Of a stretch of DNA of 64,000 nt, positions 1 to 8,814 are shown in pieces. The notes under the pieces were generated by a model that searched no databases, was not told where the DNA came from, and saw only the letters and a program-made list of their open reading frames with translations. Each line of letters starts with the position of its first letter. The first letter of the stretch is position 1. A program made the translations under genes and the position numbers. Source of the DNA: a virus; the IMG/VR virus record IMGVR_UViG_3300010049_000002. One strand, written 5' to 3'.

Positions 1-1
1 C

Positions 2-106
2 AAGAGGCGAGCCCGAAAGCCCAACCCCGATACGACCACCCTGGCCGTTCTAGGCGGCGGGGTCGCATTCATCGGCCTTGGCCTCTTCCTTCTCCTGAAG
101 AAGTAG
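2..106 (+). CDS. 3' end of small membrane protein with basic-xNP-TM module (5' end outside window)
   Basis: Frame 2 reads KRRARKPNPDTTTLAVLGGGVAFIGLGLFLLLKK*; same layout as N-terminus of 26478..27164 product (RKENPDTTTILIIGGLVIATGVGVYFLT). Confidence 0.4.
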   Translation, partial: KRRARKPNPDTTTLAVLGGGVAFIGLGLFLLLKK

Positions 107-382
107 CTTCCGGGCCTGGATAATCTCCCCGGAGATGGCTACGGCATCCTCCTGGGTCATCTTCCCCAGGTCCACCTGCTCCTGCAAATCCGGGCCGGTG
201 ATGTAGTGGGCCATGAAGCGCACGACGCCAGCCCGATGTTTCTCGGGGTCGAACAAATCCGCGCCCAAGAGCCGGTTCACATAGAGCGGGATAGCGTGGA
301 ACATCACCACGAAGCTTCGCCAGACGAAGAGCGCCAGCCCCTTGAACCCCTTAGGCCGATGGGTGAGGTGCATCACCATCAT
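50..382 (-). CDS. hypothetical protein (110 aa)
   Basis: ORF 50..517 trimmed to MMVMHL start; AAGAGG SD; ATGA overlap with upstream stop at 379; 3' end overlaps convergent 2..106 ORF. Confidence 0.45.
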   Translation of the reverse strand: MMVMHLTHRPKGFKGLALFVWRSFVVMFHAIPLYVNRLLGADLFDPEKHRAGVVRFMAHYITGPDLQEQVDLGKMTQEDAVAISGEIIQARKLLLQEKEEAKADECDPAA

Positions 383-627
383 GACGGAACCTCTTGGCGC
401 ATCACGACCTGGGCCCCAAGGCGGCGCGACTCTTCGAACATCTGCCGGTGACGCACGCAGAGCCTCCCGAAGTCGATGGCGAGGCCCATCACCACCGTCG
501 CGGCCGACATCCCGCAAACGACTTGGGCTTCTTGATGCTCTAGCCGCCCCCCGTCGATGAGATGTTCATCGAGGTGCCGCGCGTAGACCTCGACCGCGCA
601 GAAGACGCAGGCATCCTCCGGTTTCAT
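379..627 (-). CDS. hypothetical protein (82 aa)
   Basis: Internal ATG (MKPEDACVFC..) of ORF 379..954; ATGA coupling at both ends. Confidence 0.45.
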   Translation of the reverse strand: MKPEDACVFCAVEVYARHLDEHLIDGGRLEHQEAQVVCGMSAATVVMGLAIDFGRLCVRHRQMFEESRRLGAQVVMRQEVPS

Positions 628-851
628 CGCCGATGCCGGTGGTCGTCGTCGGGGGGCGGAGCCGGGGCTGGGGCGCTCGCCTGGGGAATCAGCCGGGTAA
701 TCAAGCCAATTATCGCTCCAATCAGGCCAATGAGCCCGCTCAAGTCGATGGCCGCTTGGACGTCGGCCGGATGCCAGTGACTCCACGCCGCAGCTCCCGC
801 TGCAATCGCTCCGTCCACCTGCACGATGGCCTTGATGGTCTTCCAATTCAT
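624..851 (-). CDS. small membrane protein (75 aa)
   Basis: MNWKTIKAIV.. with hydrophobic helix LSGLIGLIGAIIGLITRLI; ATGA coupling both ends. Confidence 0.45.
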   Translation of the reverse strand: MNWKTIKAIVQVDGAIAAGAAAWSHWHPADVQAAIDLSGLIGLIGAIIGLITRLIPQASAPAPAPPPDDDHRHRR

Positions 852-1039
852 TGGGGCTCCTTCTTGAAGGTGGGCTGCGCGTAGTCGGGGTCCCCGTAGA
901 CTTTGTTGACCCGGCTCTTGCAGCCGGCGCAGAGGGTCCGGCCCATGGCCGCAATCATCGCGGCCTCCCCATGAACGCGGGCAATCTCGCGGAGCCTGGC
1001 CGCACACGTCTGGCAGAGCGGGACCTTGACCTGGGCCAT
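848..1039 (-). CDS. small CxxC..CxxC zinc-ribbon-like protein (63 aa)
   Basis: CQTC ... CAGC pairs; ATG start; coupled to downstream gene. Confidence 0.5.
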   Translation of the reverse strand: MAQVKVPLCQTCAARLREIARVHGEAAMIAAMGRTLCAGCKSRVNKVYGDPDYAQPTFKKEPQ

Positions 1040-1052
1040 CAGAGCGCTCCTG

Positions 1053-2540
1053 TCATCGGGGAGCTCCCCAACCTTGGGGTTGAGCCTGGGGTTGAGGCCC
1101 CTGGGGCATCGGCGGCATCGGGGGAGGAGCCATTGGAGCCATTGGAGCCATTGGAGCCATTGGAGCCATTGGAGCCACGTGGGGTGTCCCGTCGATGGCC
1201 CCCGGCGGGATATGGGAGACCACTTGGGGGCCCTGGGGGGCGCCGGCCACCTTCCGGACGACCTCCTGGACGGCCTGGCCGAGGCCTTCAGCTATCCCCA
1301 TCAGCTTCTCGGCGAAGATGGGATTCGTCATGGCGAGGCCCATCAAGGAAGGCCCACCCGATTCTTTGTCCAAAGCCAGCTTCACCGGCTGGCCATTCGA
1401 CCAATTGGCCCCGACTGGATAGCTTTTCCAGGGAACACCATCTTCGGGGTTCTCCGGGGGGACAATCTGGGCCGGTGGTTCGTCCCCCGGCTCCTCATCC
1501 CTTGGCGGAGCCCCGGCGCCGATGGATTTCTTGATGCCCTTCTCCATCTCGCCGACGAAGGTCTTGAGAGATGTCTCGAAGATGGAACCGACCGCCTGCT
1601 CCACCATCTTGGCCAATCCGGCTCCTGGCCCACTCGGAGCGGCCGGCATTGGAGCGGCAACCTGTGGCGGGTTCGCCATCCCGGCCCCTCGGAGGCCCTG
1701 GAGGACGCGGTTCGTTATCCGCTCCACGAGCTCATCGTCGGTCAGGCGCGGGGGATTGGCCAAGCCTGGAGGGGCCGGTGGGATGACGGGGTCGCGGCGC
1801 TCCTTGGCGGCGGAGAGCGCCTCCGAGAGGGCCCCCCGGAGGTAGGAGAGTTCCCCGAGCGTGGCCGCATCGACCGCCGGTGGAGCCTGGGGGGGATAGC
1901 CAAAGCCCCAAGGGGGAGGGGCCTGCCAGGGCGACGGGTAAGCGCCATAGCCCTCCGGAGCTCGAGGCGCAGCCGATGGCCCCGGGGGAACGGGGGGAAG
2001 GCCCAGCCCCGGAGAAGCCTCCACGCGCTCGGCCTGCTCGGCGGCGGCCATCATGGCGCGACACTCAGGACCCGAAGGCATAGGCAACCGACCGCTCGTC
2101 AGCAATGCCCCCGTGCCCTTCTTGAAGAAGAGCAAATCGTAGGTCGCCGGCTGGTCTGTGGTGGGGAGGTGCACATACCGGGTGATGAAATTTATCAACG
2201 CCTGGCCGGGCAGGGTGGTCCCGCTCCCCGCAACAGCCGAACCGGAGAAGCCCTGCCCAATCGGCTGGGCCAGCCCCGAAGCATGAGGGGGCCAGGTCCT
2301 CCTCACCTGGATGGTCACGTCGAAGGGGGAGCGCGTTGGTAATGCCGGGTCGTTCGACCCTGGGAGCCATTCGCAGACTTGATTCCAAACCAAATCCGCT
2401 TCGCTGACGCCGCTCCTGGCGAAGCTCTGGGGAGCCGAGGGGGCCTTTCCCGCGGGCCGCTCAAGGGGCCCATTGAGCTTTTTCTTCTTCGGAGCCTCCT
2501 CGTCATCGGGGCTCGGCGGGCTGACAACCTCCTCCGTCAT
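1053..2540 (-). CDS. hypothetical virion-module protein with Pro-rich and (MAP)5 C-terminus (495 aa)
   Basis: Long ORF, ATG start overlapping upstream stop; non-repetitive core, C-terminal PMAPMAPMAPMAPMAPPPMPPMPQGPQPQ. Confidence 0.6.
   Translation of the reverse strand: MTEEVVSPPSPDDEEAPKKKKLNGPLERPAGKAPSAPQSFARSGVSEADLVWNQVCEWLPGSNDPALPTRSPFDVTIQVRRTWPPHASGLAQPIGQGFSGSAVAGSGTTLPGQALINFITRYVHLPTTDQPATYDLLFFKKGTGALLTSGRLPMPSGPECRAMMAAAEQAERVEASPGLGLPPVPPGPSAAPRAPEGYGAYPSPWQAPPPWGFGYPPQAPPAVDAATLGELSYLRGALSEALSAAKERRDPVIPPAPPGLANPPRLTDDELVERITNRVLQGLRGAGMANPPQVAAPMPAAPSGPGAGLAKMVEQAVGSIFETSLKTFVGEMEKGIKKSIGAGAPPRDEEPGDEPPAQIVPPENPEDGVPWKSYPVGANWSNGQPVKLALDKESGGPSLMGLAMTNPIFAEKLMGIAEGLGQAVQEVVRKVAGAPQGPQVVSHIPPGAIDGTPHVAPMAPMAPMAPMAPMAPPPMPPMPQGPQPQAQPQGWGAPR
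1126..1179. repeat. 9-bp tandem repeat GGAGCCATT x5 plus one imperfect unit
   Basis: Direct reading of 1126..1179; encodes (MAP)n on the minus strand. Confidence 0.9.
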
Positions 2541-3481
2541 AGGAGAATCTCCGGCTCCAGCGCTGACACTGGCGACATGAGGGCCTGCTCGAATATCGGC
2601 GTGAAGAGATTCCGGAAGGGGAGCGCCTGGCGCTCGACGTCGATGAAGGGGTCATCAGACAACGGAAACAAATGCTGAAACCATGGGGTCAGAACGACGT
2701 CCGGCATGCTAACGAAGCCCGCCCCCCCGCGGGTGACTCGAATCTCATCGAGCTCGAGGATGAGATGAATCTCCGCCCCCGAGCCGGTCCCCTGCGGGTC
2801 GACGACAATCGCCGTCGGCATCTCAGCGAGGCCCCTCCCCGGGTCGAGGGTGTTGACCCCGACGAGGCTCCCCCCCGCACTGAAGACCGGCTGGAGCTGG
2901 GGGAGGATGGGGAAGTCGGCCGCGATGTTCATGGCCCCCGGCGGCAAAGCCGTTCCCTCGGGCTTCCCATAGAGGTTCGGGTCATTGGTGGTGGCCCGGA
3001 GCCTCCCCACCATCCTGATGAAGGAGTCCGGCGAGTAGCCCGCCCCCCCAGCCAAAGGCTCCGCGTGGTTCAGCTTCAGGTAGGCGAAGGCCTGGGCGGG
3101 CTGGTTCAGGGAATAGCTGTCCATGCTGACCCCACCGCCGGTCGGAGGGGGTGCGAGCCGGCCCCCCGCGAAGGTCACCACCGGGGGCTGTACATAGTCA
3201 AACCCCGTGTTGGTGACCGTGACGCTGGCGATGGGCGAGGCGCTGTTCCCACTCAAAGCGTTGGCCTGAGCGAAGCCATCATCCAGGGGATTCAGGCCCA
3301 AGAGGATGGTCCGGACCACGGGGTTGGCTGGAGGCACAACATGCCCGTCATCCACCAGCCTTACCCCCAGGAAGTTCAGGACATCCCGGGGCAGGCCCAC
3401 ATTGCCCATGATGGTTGCCGCCTCGGCGGGGGTGAGGCCCGCCAGGAAGGCGACGTACTGCAATCGGACCGCGCTACTCAT
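2537..3481 (-). CDS. putative structural protein (314 aa)
   Basis: Two G.G(F/Y)..xP.VV(T/L) blocks (TNTGFDYVQPPVVTFAGG; RGGAGFVSMPDVVLT) of the kind seen in phage structural proteins; coupled to neighbours. Confidence 0.55.
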   Translation of the reverse strand: MSSAVRLQYVAFLAGLTPAEAATIMGNVGLPRDVLNFLGVRLVDDGHVVPPANPVVRTILLGLNPLDDGFAQANALSGNSASPIASVTVTNTGFDYVQPPVVTFAGGRLAPPPTGGGVSMDSYSLNQPAQAFAYLKLNHAEPLAGGAGYSPDSFIRMVGRLRATTNDPNLYGKPEGTALPPGAMNIAADFPILPQLQPVFSAGGSLVGVNTLDPGRGLAEMPTAIVVDPQGTGSGAEIHLILELDEIRVTRGGAGFVSMPDVVLTPWFQHLFPLSDDPFIDVERQALPFRNLFTPIFEQALMSPVSALEPEILL

Positions 3482-4077
3482 GACGGCGGGGCCTGGGCCG
3501 GGGTTGGCGTCGGGGCAGGCTTCTCCGGGGTCGTGCCGTTCGTAGCTTCCTCCGGCTCCTCGTCCTCGGGTTCCGCCCCGGTGAAGGTCGCGTCATCGCC
3601 CGCGAGGTGCGCGCCATCCTCGAGGGCTTCCACCAGCTCGTCGCGCTTCAGCATCTCCTCCGACTGGCCCGCGATGTAGTCAATCATCATCTGGGTCTCG
3701 CCGCCGGCGAGTTCATTGCCATCAGCGACGACAGCTTGCGCCAATACGTCCCAGGTCATCGTCTCGGCGACATAGGTGGGCGCGACCCGGGTCAGGGTGT
3801 AGCGGGTCGGCCTTCTGTCCTGCCAATCCGAGGGGCGCGGGGTTGGGGGCGGGAGCGGAATGGAGTAGACCTTTATCACCTGCTCTGTTTGAAAGATGGC
3901 CAGTACCCCCGAGTAGCTGTCGAAGGGAACGGGCTTACTGACCTCGAACATGGTCGGCACCCCCGTCTGGGGATTTGCGAACCAAGCGCAGGAACGCCCT
4001 ACCGGGAGCTCGTCGGGCTCCACAATCATGTGGTCGGTGAGGTAGTCGCGGAAATCCTCGACGGTCTGGATGGGCAT
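3478..4077 (-). CDS. hypothetical protein, acidic C-terminus (199 aa)
   Basis: ATG start, first gene of minus-strand block diverging from 4213 gene. Confidence 0.6.
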   Translation of the reverse strand: MPIQTVEDFRDYLTDHMIVEPDELPVGRSCAWFANPQTGVPTMFEVSKPVPFDSYSGVLAIFQTEQVIKVYSIPLPPPTPRPSDWQDRRPTRYTLTRVAPTYVAETMTWDVLAQAVVADGNELAGGETQMMIDYIAGQSEEMLKRDELVEALEDGAHLAGDDATFTGAEPEDEEPEEATNGTTPEKPAPTPTPAQAPPS

Positions 4078-4133
4078 TTGGGCTCCAACCTGCGGCGCAG
4101 AAGAACCGGGGTCAAGGATAACGGGCAGGGAAA

Positions 4134-4146
4134 CCCGTGACCCGGT
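4134..4146 (+). promoter_or_regulatory. heptad-repeat motif copy CCCGTGACCCGGT followed by TAGAAT
   Basis: Divergent intergenic gap 4078..4212; same motif at 10 other intergenic sites. Confidence 0.55.
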
Positions 4147-4176
4147 TAGAATTAGCGCTCAGGCCGGCAGGCCTCC

Positions 4177-4206
4177 TTGCCCCTGGCCCCCGCCAGCCGG
4201 TACAAT
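4177..4206 (+). promoter_or_regulatory. sigma70-like promoter candidate (TTGCCC-N18-TACAAT), possibly leaderless for ATG 4213
   Basis: TACAAT ends 6 nt before ATG 4213; no SD in between. Confidence 0.4.
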
Positions 4207-4212
4207 CCCGTC

Positions 4213-4626
4213 ATGAGACAAGGGTTCAATCCGAGCGACGGGACGTTCTATCTGGTCCACCTCGCGCGGGCCCTCGCTTCCTCCGCCACCAACCCGCCGA
4301 CCCCACCGACTCCGCCGCCGACCCCGCCCACCGAGCAGTTCATCACCGCCCGCGGGGTGCTGCCCGTCGCGTCGCCACCGACCATCCCGCCCCTGACCGA
4401 CGCCCCGCTCGTCTACACCCTGACCGGCGCTCTGCCCGGCGATTTCATCATCGCGACGCCCAGCCCCAGCGTGGGCGGCACCGTCGCCGGGGTCATCGTC
4501 GGGACGGCGGTCTGTATCTTCCCCGACCTGGTGCAGCTCGACCTCGTCAACGGGGTGCAGGGGAGCCCCCCGGCCGACGTGAGCGCGCTGGCGTTCGACC
4601 TCGTGGCCATCCGGACGACGACCTAG
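4213..4626 (+). CDS. small spike/fibre-family protein (137 aa) with shared N-terminal FNP..FY..LA.A module
   Basis: MRQGFNPSDGTFYLVHLARALA matches N-termini at 59984, 60883, 61289; Pro/Thr linker; C-terminal PGDF.. head similar to 60897..61289 product. Confidence 0.55.
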   Translation: MRQGFNPSDGTFYLVHLARALASSATNPPTPPTPPPTPPTEQFITARGVLPVASPPTIPPLTDAPLVYTLTGALPGDFIIATPSPSVGGTVAGVIVGTAVCIFPDLVQLDLVNGVQGSPPADVSALAFDLVAIRTTT

Positions 4627-4635
4627 GCCGACGAG

Positions 4636-5844
4636 CTAAAACCCGAGCGTCGCCTCGACGATGGCCAGCTCCGTGTCGAGCTCCCTCTTCGTGATGCCCG
4701 GCTTGTCAGCGATGAGCTTCTTCCGGAGCGCCGCACGCACTCCTGCGGGGTCGGAGAGCATCTCGTCGATGGCCGCGTCGACCTCTTCTTGCGTCTTCGG
4801 TGTCTTGCTGAAGTCCACGGGCTTCCTCATCGTGTAGTAGTTGGGCCTGCCAAACCTAGCATAATTCCAGCCCGGTGGGGCGGACTCATCGTTGAACGGC
4901 GACTCGGTCTCGACAACGAAGCCATTGCGCTGATAGAGGTCCCGGAGGCCTTCGCCGAAGCACTCGAGGTAGTTTACCCCCTCGTGCTCGATGGCGAACC
5001 GGAGCATCCGTTCACCCATGCCCTTTCGGCCGCCCGCGTTGAAAAGTGCGGTACCCTCGACCCGCCCATCACCGTGGTCCTTGACCGCGATGCCGGCGAG
5101 GCCGTCGGGCGCGAGCAGGCGAGCCTTCATCGCCTGGAGCTCCTTGACCGAATAGTGCGTGACGAAGCCCGACGCCGGGTTGCTCGGGCCCATCGCGCGC
5201 TCGAACGCCTTGCGGAACTCCTTGGCGGTGGCCCGCAGGACTTCCGGGTCGCCGGTGGGGATTGGATTGGGCTCGGTGAGCCCGACCGAGACCTCCTCCT
5301 TGAATGTGTATTCCTTCTTCTCGACAATCGAATAGCAACTCGATGTTCCAATCACCACGTGGTCGAGGAACATCACCCCCTTGCCATAGGGCTTGGTGGC
5401 TTGCTGTATCTGCCGCGTGAGCTGCTTGTCCGCGGTGCTCGGCCGAGCCTTCCCACTGGGGTGGTTGTGGGCCACGATGAAGCCCTCGCAGCCGGATTCT
5501 AGGACCGCCCTCAAAACGTCTTCGACCCCGACGACGGTTGAGCTCCTCTGCCCCCTCGCAACTTCGTAGGGAGGAGTCTTCAATTCACACCGCAAGTCGA
5601 GTGGCAAAACGAGAAAAACCTCCTGGTCCTCTTGCCGTAGGCGCGGGGCCAAGAAGGCATATACTTTTTCCGTATTATCGAGTGGGCCCACCCGCTTGGA
5701 GAGAGCCAGCGCCGCCTCATGGGTCTTGGGGTCACGGGACACGCGCGCGAAGGGGATGACGCTCTCATGGGGAGCCTCGTGGACCACCTCGACGCTCTCG
5801 GCGGGTTCCCGCGCCCCCGGGCCTTGGATGACGGTCTTGGCCAT
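4636..5844 (-). CDS. RadC-like JAB/JAMM domain fused to GNAT acetyltransferase-like domain (402 aa)
   Basis: JAMM signature HNHPSGKARPSTAD; later GNAT motif A-like GGRKGMGERMLRFAIE..GF; ATG start. Confidence 0.75.
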   Translation of the reverse strand: MAKTVIQGPGAREPAESVEVVHEAPHESVIPFARVSRDPKTHEAALALSKRVGPLDNTEKVYAFLAPRLRQEDQEVFLVLPLDLRCELKTPPYEVARGQRSSTVVGVEDVLRAVLESGCEGFIVAHNHPSGKARPSTADKQLTRQIQQATKPYGKGVMFLDHVVIGTSSCYSIVEKKEYTFKEEVSVGLTEPNPIPTGDPEVLRATAKEFRKAFERAMGPSNPASGFVTHYSVKELQAMKARLLAPDGLAGIAVKDHGDGRVEGTALFNAGGRKGMGERMLRFAIEHEGVNYLECFGEGLRDLYQRNGFVVETESPFNDESAPPGWNYARFGRPNYYTMRKPVDFSKTPKTQEEVDAAIDEMLSDPAGVRAALRKKLIADKPGITKRELDTELAIVEATLGF

Positions 5845-5867
5845 GGGCTAGAGGATACCACCATGCC

Positions 5868-6188
5868 TTGTTGTCAAGGGGCTCCCGGGGTACCCTGACC
5901 CGTATGGAAGCGGGTCTCGTCGAGCAGAACCTCATCGTTCTCAGCTCCCGGCCCTTCAGCCTCGGGGCCGAGCATCGCCCCTACATGGTCTTGAGCCGCG
6001 GAGGGAGCGGCCCCTTCAACTGCCAGAACTGCAAGGCCTTCTCCCAGGACGAGCACGGCTGCTATCGCTGCTCGAGCCCGGAGTTTCAGGCCTTCATGGG
6101 GACGAGCCTGCTGCCTGATGAAAATGGCCGCCCGCTCGACGACCCGACGCGGTCTTGTTCGGACTGGTACCAGCCACGAGAGAAGTAA
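5868..6188 (+). CDS. Cys-rich hypothetical protein; start uncertain (TTG 5868 or ATG 5904)
   Basis: CQNC..C..C..C pattern; ORF track. Confidence 0.4.
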   Translation: MLSRGSRGTLTRMEAGLVEQNLIVLSSRPFSLGAEHRPYMVLSRGGSGPFNCQNCKAFSQDEHGCYRCSSPEFQAFMGTSLLPDENGRPLDDPTRSCSDWYQPREK

Positions 6189-6196
6189 GAGTCCCG

Positions 6197-6847
6197 ATGC
6201 CCCAGCTAGACCCCGCCCAGGCCGCGACCTACTACCTGGCCCGCCTGCCCCGGCGTAGCTCTGGCCAGCCCGCCGCTTTCCGCTTTGGCGCCCTCGACCT
6301 CTCCGGGATGACCCTACCCAGTAGCCTGCCCTACACCATCGCGCGCATCACTCCGCGCAACCAGATACCCTACGGCATAGGACCGTGGACGATACCTGCG
6401 GGCGGCAAGTTTGAGGACACCATCGACCTCGGCGCCCTGACCAACGACGACATTGTCCTCGTGAATATCGCGCAGCTCCCGACGGCGGGTAGCTCTTTGA
6501 TACTAGACCCCATCGCCTACCAGTACCTGGGGACGGTGACCTACCGCATCCGCAATCCAACGACCACCGATGTCACGATTCCCGACCTCCAACGGGGAAT
6601 CATTCAGTTCGTTGTCGTCAGAAAGAACCCCGGCAGCTATCTCACGACAGTCCCGATGACCGTCCCGGGGGCCCAGCCGGGCGACCTCGTCTTCGCCTCG
6701 GGCCTGCTTGGAGATGGAATCGGGGTCGCGGGGGCGGCTGTGACTGGAGTTGATTCCGTTTCGGTGAGCCTGTTCAACCTGACCGACACCCCCCAGATGC
6801 TGGGAGCGGGGTCGCTTTTGAGCGTCATGGTCCTCTCGGCCGGATAG
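6197..6847 (+). CDS. spike/fibre-family protein (216 aa)
   Basis: Trimmed to MPQLDPAQAATYYLARL (family N-terminus); C-terminal QPGDLVF.. head resembling 4213 and 60897 products. Confidence 0.55.
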   Translation: MPQLDPAQAATYYLARLPRRSSGQPAAFRFGALDLSGMTLPSSLPYTIARITPRNQIPYGIGPWTIPAGGKFEDTIDLGALTNDDIVLVNIAQLPTAGSSLILDPIAYQYLGTVTYRIRNPTTTDVTIPDLQRGIIQFVVVRKNPGSYLTTVPMTVPGAQPGDLVFASGLLGDGIGVAGAAVTGVDSVSVSLFNLTDTPQMLGAGSLLSVMVLSAG

Positions 6848-6860
6848 CCCCCTCCTCGAG

Positions 6861-7142
6861 CTACTCACGGTGGGCCTCCCGCAGCCTCCGTTCGACGCGG
6901 AGTAGGACAAGGTAGCCGAGCAAATCCAGCTCCACGTCCTCGCCCGCGGCGCTCCCCCGGGCCAGCCTGGAGAGCTTGTCATCGAGCCTCACCCGAATCG
7001 CCTCATCGGGCGGGGCCTTGGAGAAGATACGCAGCGGCCGGAGGGCCGAATCACCGTACGCCTCGTTCTTGGCAAGAAGCAGCGCCTTGAGCGCGTCGCA
7101 CTCCTTCTCGATGAGGGCCCGGGTGGCTCCGTCGTCATCCAT
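6861..7142 (-). CDS. DUF1599/Nmad1-like (MazG-fold-like) small protein (93 aa), tentative
   Basis: KNEAYGDS..RIFS...IRVRLDDKLSRL resembles my memory of the DUF1599 pattern (K.hDYG .. DK..R). Confidence 0.45.
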   Translation of the reverse strand: MDDDGATRALIEKECDALKALLLAKNEAYGDSALRPLRIFSKAPPDEAIRVRLDDKLSRLARGSAAGEDVELDLLGYLVLLRVERRLREAHRE

Positions 7143-7368
7143 CGTCTTCCCCCTTGATGCCCCTCCAGGCGCTCTCGCCAGCCAGAAAGAAAACCGCGAT
7201 GGCCCCCAGGACCTCCGACCAGGTGGTGAAGCTCGAGGGCCTAGTCACCGCGGACCACCAGACGGGATGGCAATCGCCGTCGCCCCAGCGGCGATTAGGA
7301 GCCGCCAGGCCCTCATCGGCTCCCCCCTCGGTTGCCCCTCCGCCAGCGGTCGATGCCTTCCTTCGCAC
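7135..7368 (-). CDS. possible small membrane protein (77 aa)
   Basis: ORF track only; hydrophobic segment VLGAIAVFFLAG; start unclear. Confidence 0.25.
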   Translation of the reverse strand: MRRKASTAGGGATEGGADEGLAAPNRRWGDGDCHPVWWSAVTRPSSFTTWSEVLGAIAVFFLAGESAWRGIKGEDDG

Positions 7369-7801
7369 CCAGCAGGGCGGCTACCAACAATTCCGAGATG
7401 GCCTCGCCCAGGCTAGGCCTAGCCGGCGACTCATCTTCCCCTTCGAAGCCCGCCTCGTCGATGGATTGCCACAGCCGGGCATGGCTTGTTGGCCGGAAGG
7501 GGATGGGCTCATCTTCATCCGGGGTGGACTGAACTCGCCCAGCCAGTCGTTCGGCCGTCTCGCGGCGGTCCGCTTCGAATCGTTCCGTTTGGGTCAAAGG
7601 CTTCATGGGTACCTTCTCCGGGTCAATCAGGCTGATGGGTTGAAAGAGCGAACCGTCCATGGGCGGCGTCCGGCTGTCGCGCGCCAGCTGGACGCAGAAC
7701 ACGCAGAAGGGCCGGTGGACGTTGTCGACGGGGAGAAACCACTCGGCCGGCCGCCCGCAGGCCCGCCCCTCGATGGGCCAGTCACAAGTGAAGGTTGTCA
7801 T
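7313..7801 (-). CDS. hypothetical protein (162 aa)
   Basis: Trimmed to MTTFTCDW; ATGA overlap with upstream stop at 7798. Confidence 0.5.
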   Translation of the reverse strand: MTTFTCDWPIEGRACGRPAEWFLPVDNVHRPFCVFCVQLARDSRTPPMDGSLFQPISLIDPEKVPMKPLTQTERFEADRRETAERLAGRVQSTPDEDEPIPFRPTSHARLWQSIDEAGFEGEDESPARPSLGEAISELLVAALLGAKEGIDRWRRGNRGGSR

Positions 7802-8361
7802 GGCGCTCCGCCCTCCCCGTCGAGGAAGCTCTCCTCGGGCCGACCGAACTCCTTGTCGATGTCCTCGAGGCGCGGCCGAGTCCACAGCCGCCAGACCCAC
7901 CCCCGCAGGGTTGCCAAGGCGAGGCCCAGCAAGGCCCCGCCGAGCCCGATGGGCCAGAGCACCAAGGCCTTTGGAACCCACTCCATGCCCGCGCAGATTC
8001 CCAACGCCAGGACCGTCAGCCCGGTCCCCCAGCGCCAGACCATCCGGGTCTCCCGCTCCCGGAGCTGGGCCACCCGCTCAAACTTCCTGACGGCCTCCTT
8101 GGCCTGAGCCAGCTGCTTGAGGACCGCCCGCCGGGGGGGAATGAGCTCGAAGAGGGCCAAAGGGCCCTCGGTCGTGGGCCCATCGAGAGGCTTGGCCAGC
8201 TCCAGCACGGCCCCAAGCGTTTTCTCGGCGGAGAGGTACTCGCTCGCGCACCCATCGCAGATAAGCCGGGTTGCGAAGGCGTTCCGGAACACGTAGGAGA
8301 CAGGCTCCCCGCAGAGCCGGTCCCCCCTTCTTGTTTCGCATCGGAGCATGGCGGGCAGCAT
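7798..8361 (-). CDS. membrane protein (187 aa)
   Basis: Trimmed to MLPAMLRCE (TGATG coupling with upstream stop); two hydrophobic helices near C-terminus. Confidence 0.5.
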   Translation of the reverse strand: MLPAMLRCETRRGDRLCGEPVSYVFRNAFATRLICDGCASEYLSAEKTLGAVLELAKPLDGPTTEGPLALFELIPPRRAVLKQLAQAKEAVRKFERVAQLRERETRMVWRWGTGLTVLALGICAGMEWVPKALVLWPIGLGGALLGLALATLRGWVWRLWTRPRLEDIDKEFGRPEESFLDGEGGAP

Positions 8362-8630
8362 CACCCATGCCCCATCTCGAGGTCGGAGAGGGACCCGAGC
8401 CCCGTGGCCCATAAGAGCCCTTGAACGAACCCAAGCCTCCGGAGGCGCATCCCGTCGCCCTCGCCCTCGGGAAGCTCAGAAGCCCGGATAGCCAGCCAGA
8501 GCGCCTGCTCCAGCATCTCTTCCCGGTCCGGCCAGGTCTTATTGGCAGGGAGCTTTCTCGCCTCCACCCCGCAGGAGTAGAGCTCCGCAATCCAGACCTT
8601 CAATGTCTCCTCGATGTTCTCTTCAGTCAT
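8361..8630 (-). CDS. hypothetical protein (89 aa)
   Basis: Internal ATG MTEENIEETL of ORF 8361..9161; overlaps upstream stop. Confidence 0.5.
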   Translation of the reverse strand: MTEENIEETLKVWIAELYSCGVEARKLPANKTWPDREEMLEQALWLAIRASELPEGEGDGMRLRRLGFVQGLLWATGLGSLSDLEMGHG

Positions 8631-8814
8631 CGCGCCGCTCCCCGTGTTCGTCGTTGTAGCGGGAGGGCATGCGTCTTCTCCACTCCCGGAGCATCTCGTC
8701 GGCCTGGACGGCAGCGTCACGCGGAAGGACCGGCGACGGCTGGCCCAGGAGGACCACGGCGAACGCGGTCCAGGTCTGCACTTCATCGACATTCTTGAAC
8801 TTGATATCAGCCAT
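8623..8814 (-). CDS. hypothetical protein (63 aa)
   Basis: Internal ATG MADIKFKN of ORF 8623..8874. Confidence 0.45.
   Translation of the reverse strand: MADIKFKNVDEVQTWTAFAVVLLGQPSPVLPRDAAVQADEMLREWRRRMPSRYNDEHGERRDD

Noticed and set aside
1026-2342. 438-aa plus-strand ORF
   Set aside because: It is an antisense shadow of 1053..2540. The repeat HWSHWSHWS is simply the reverse frame of the 9-bp tandem repeat.
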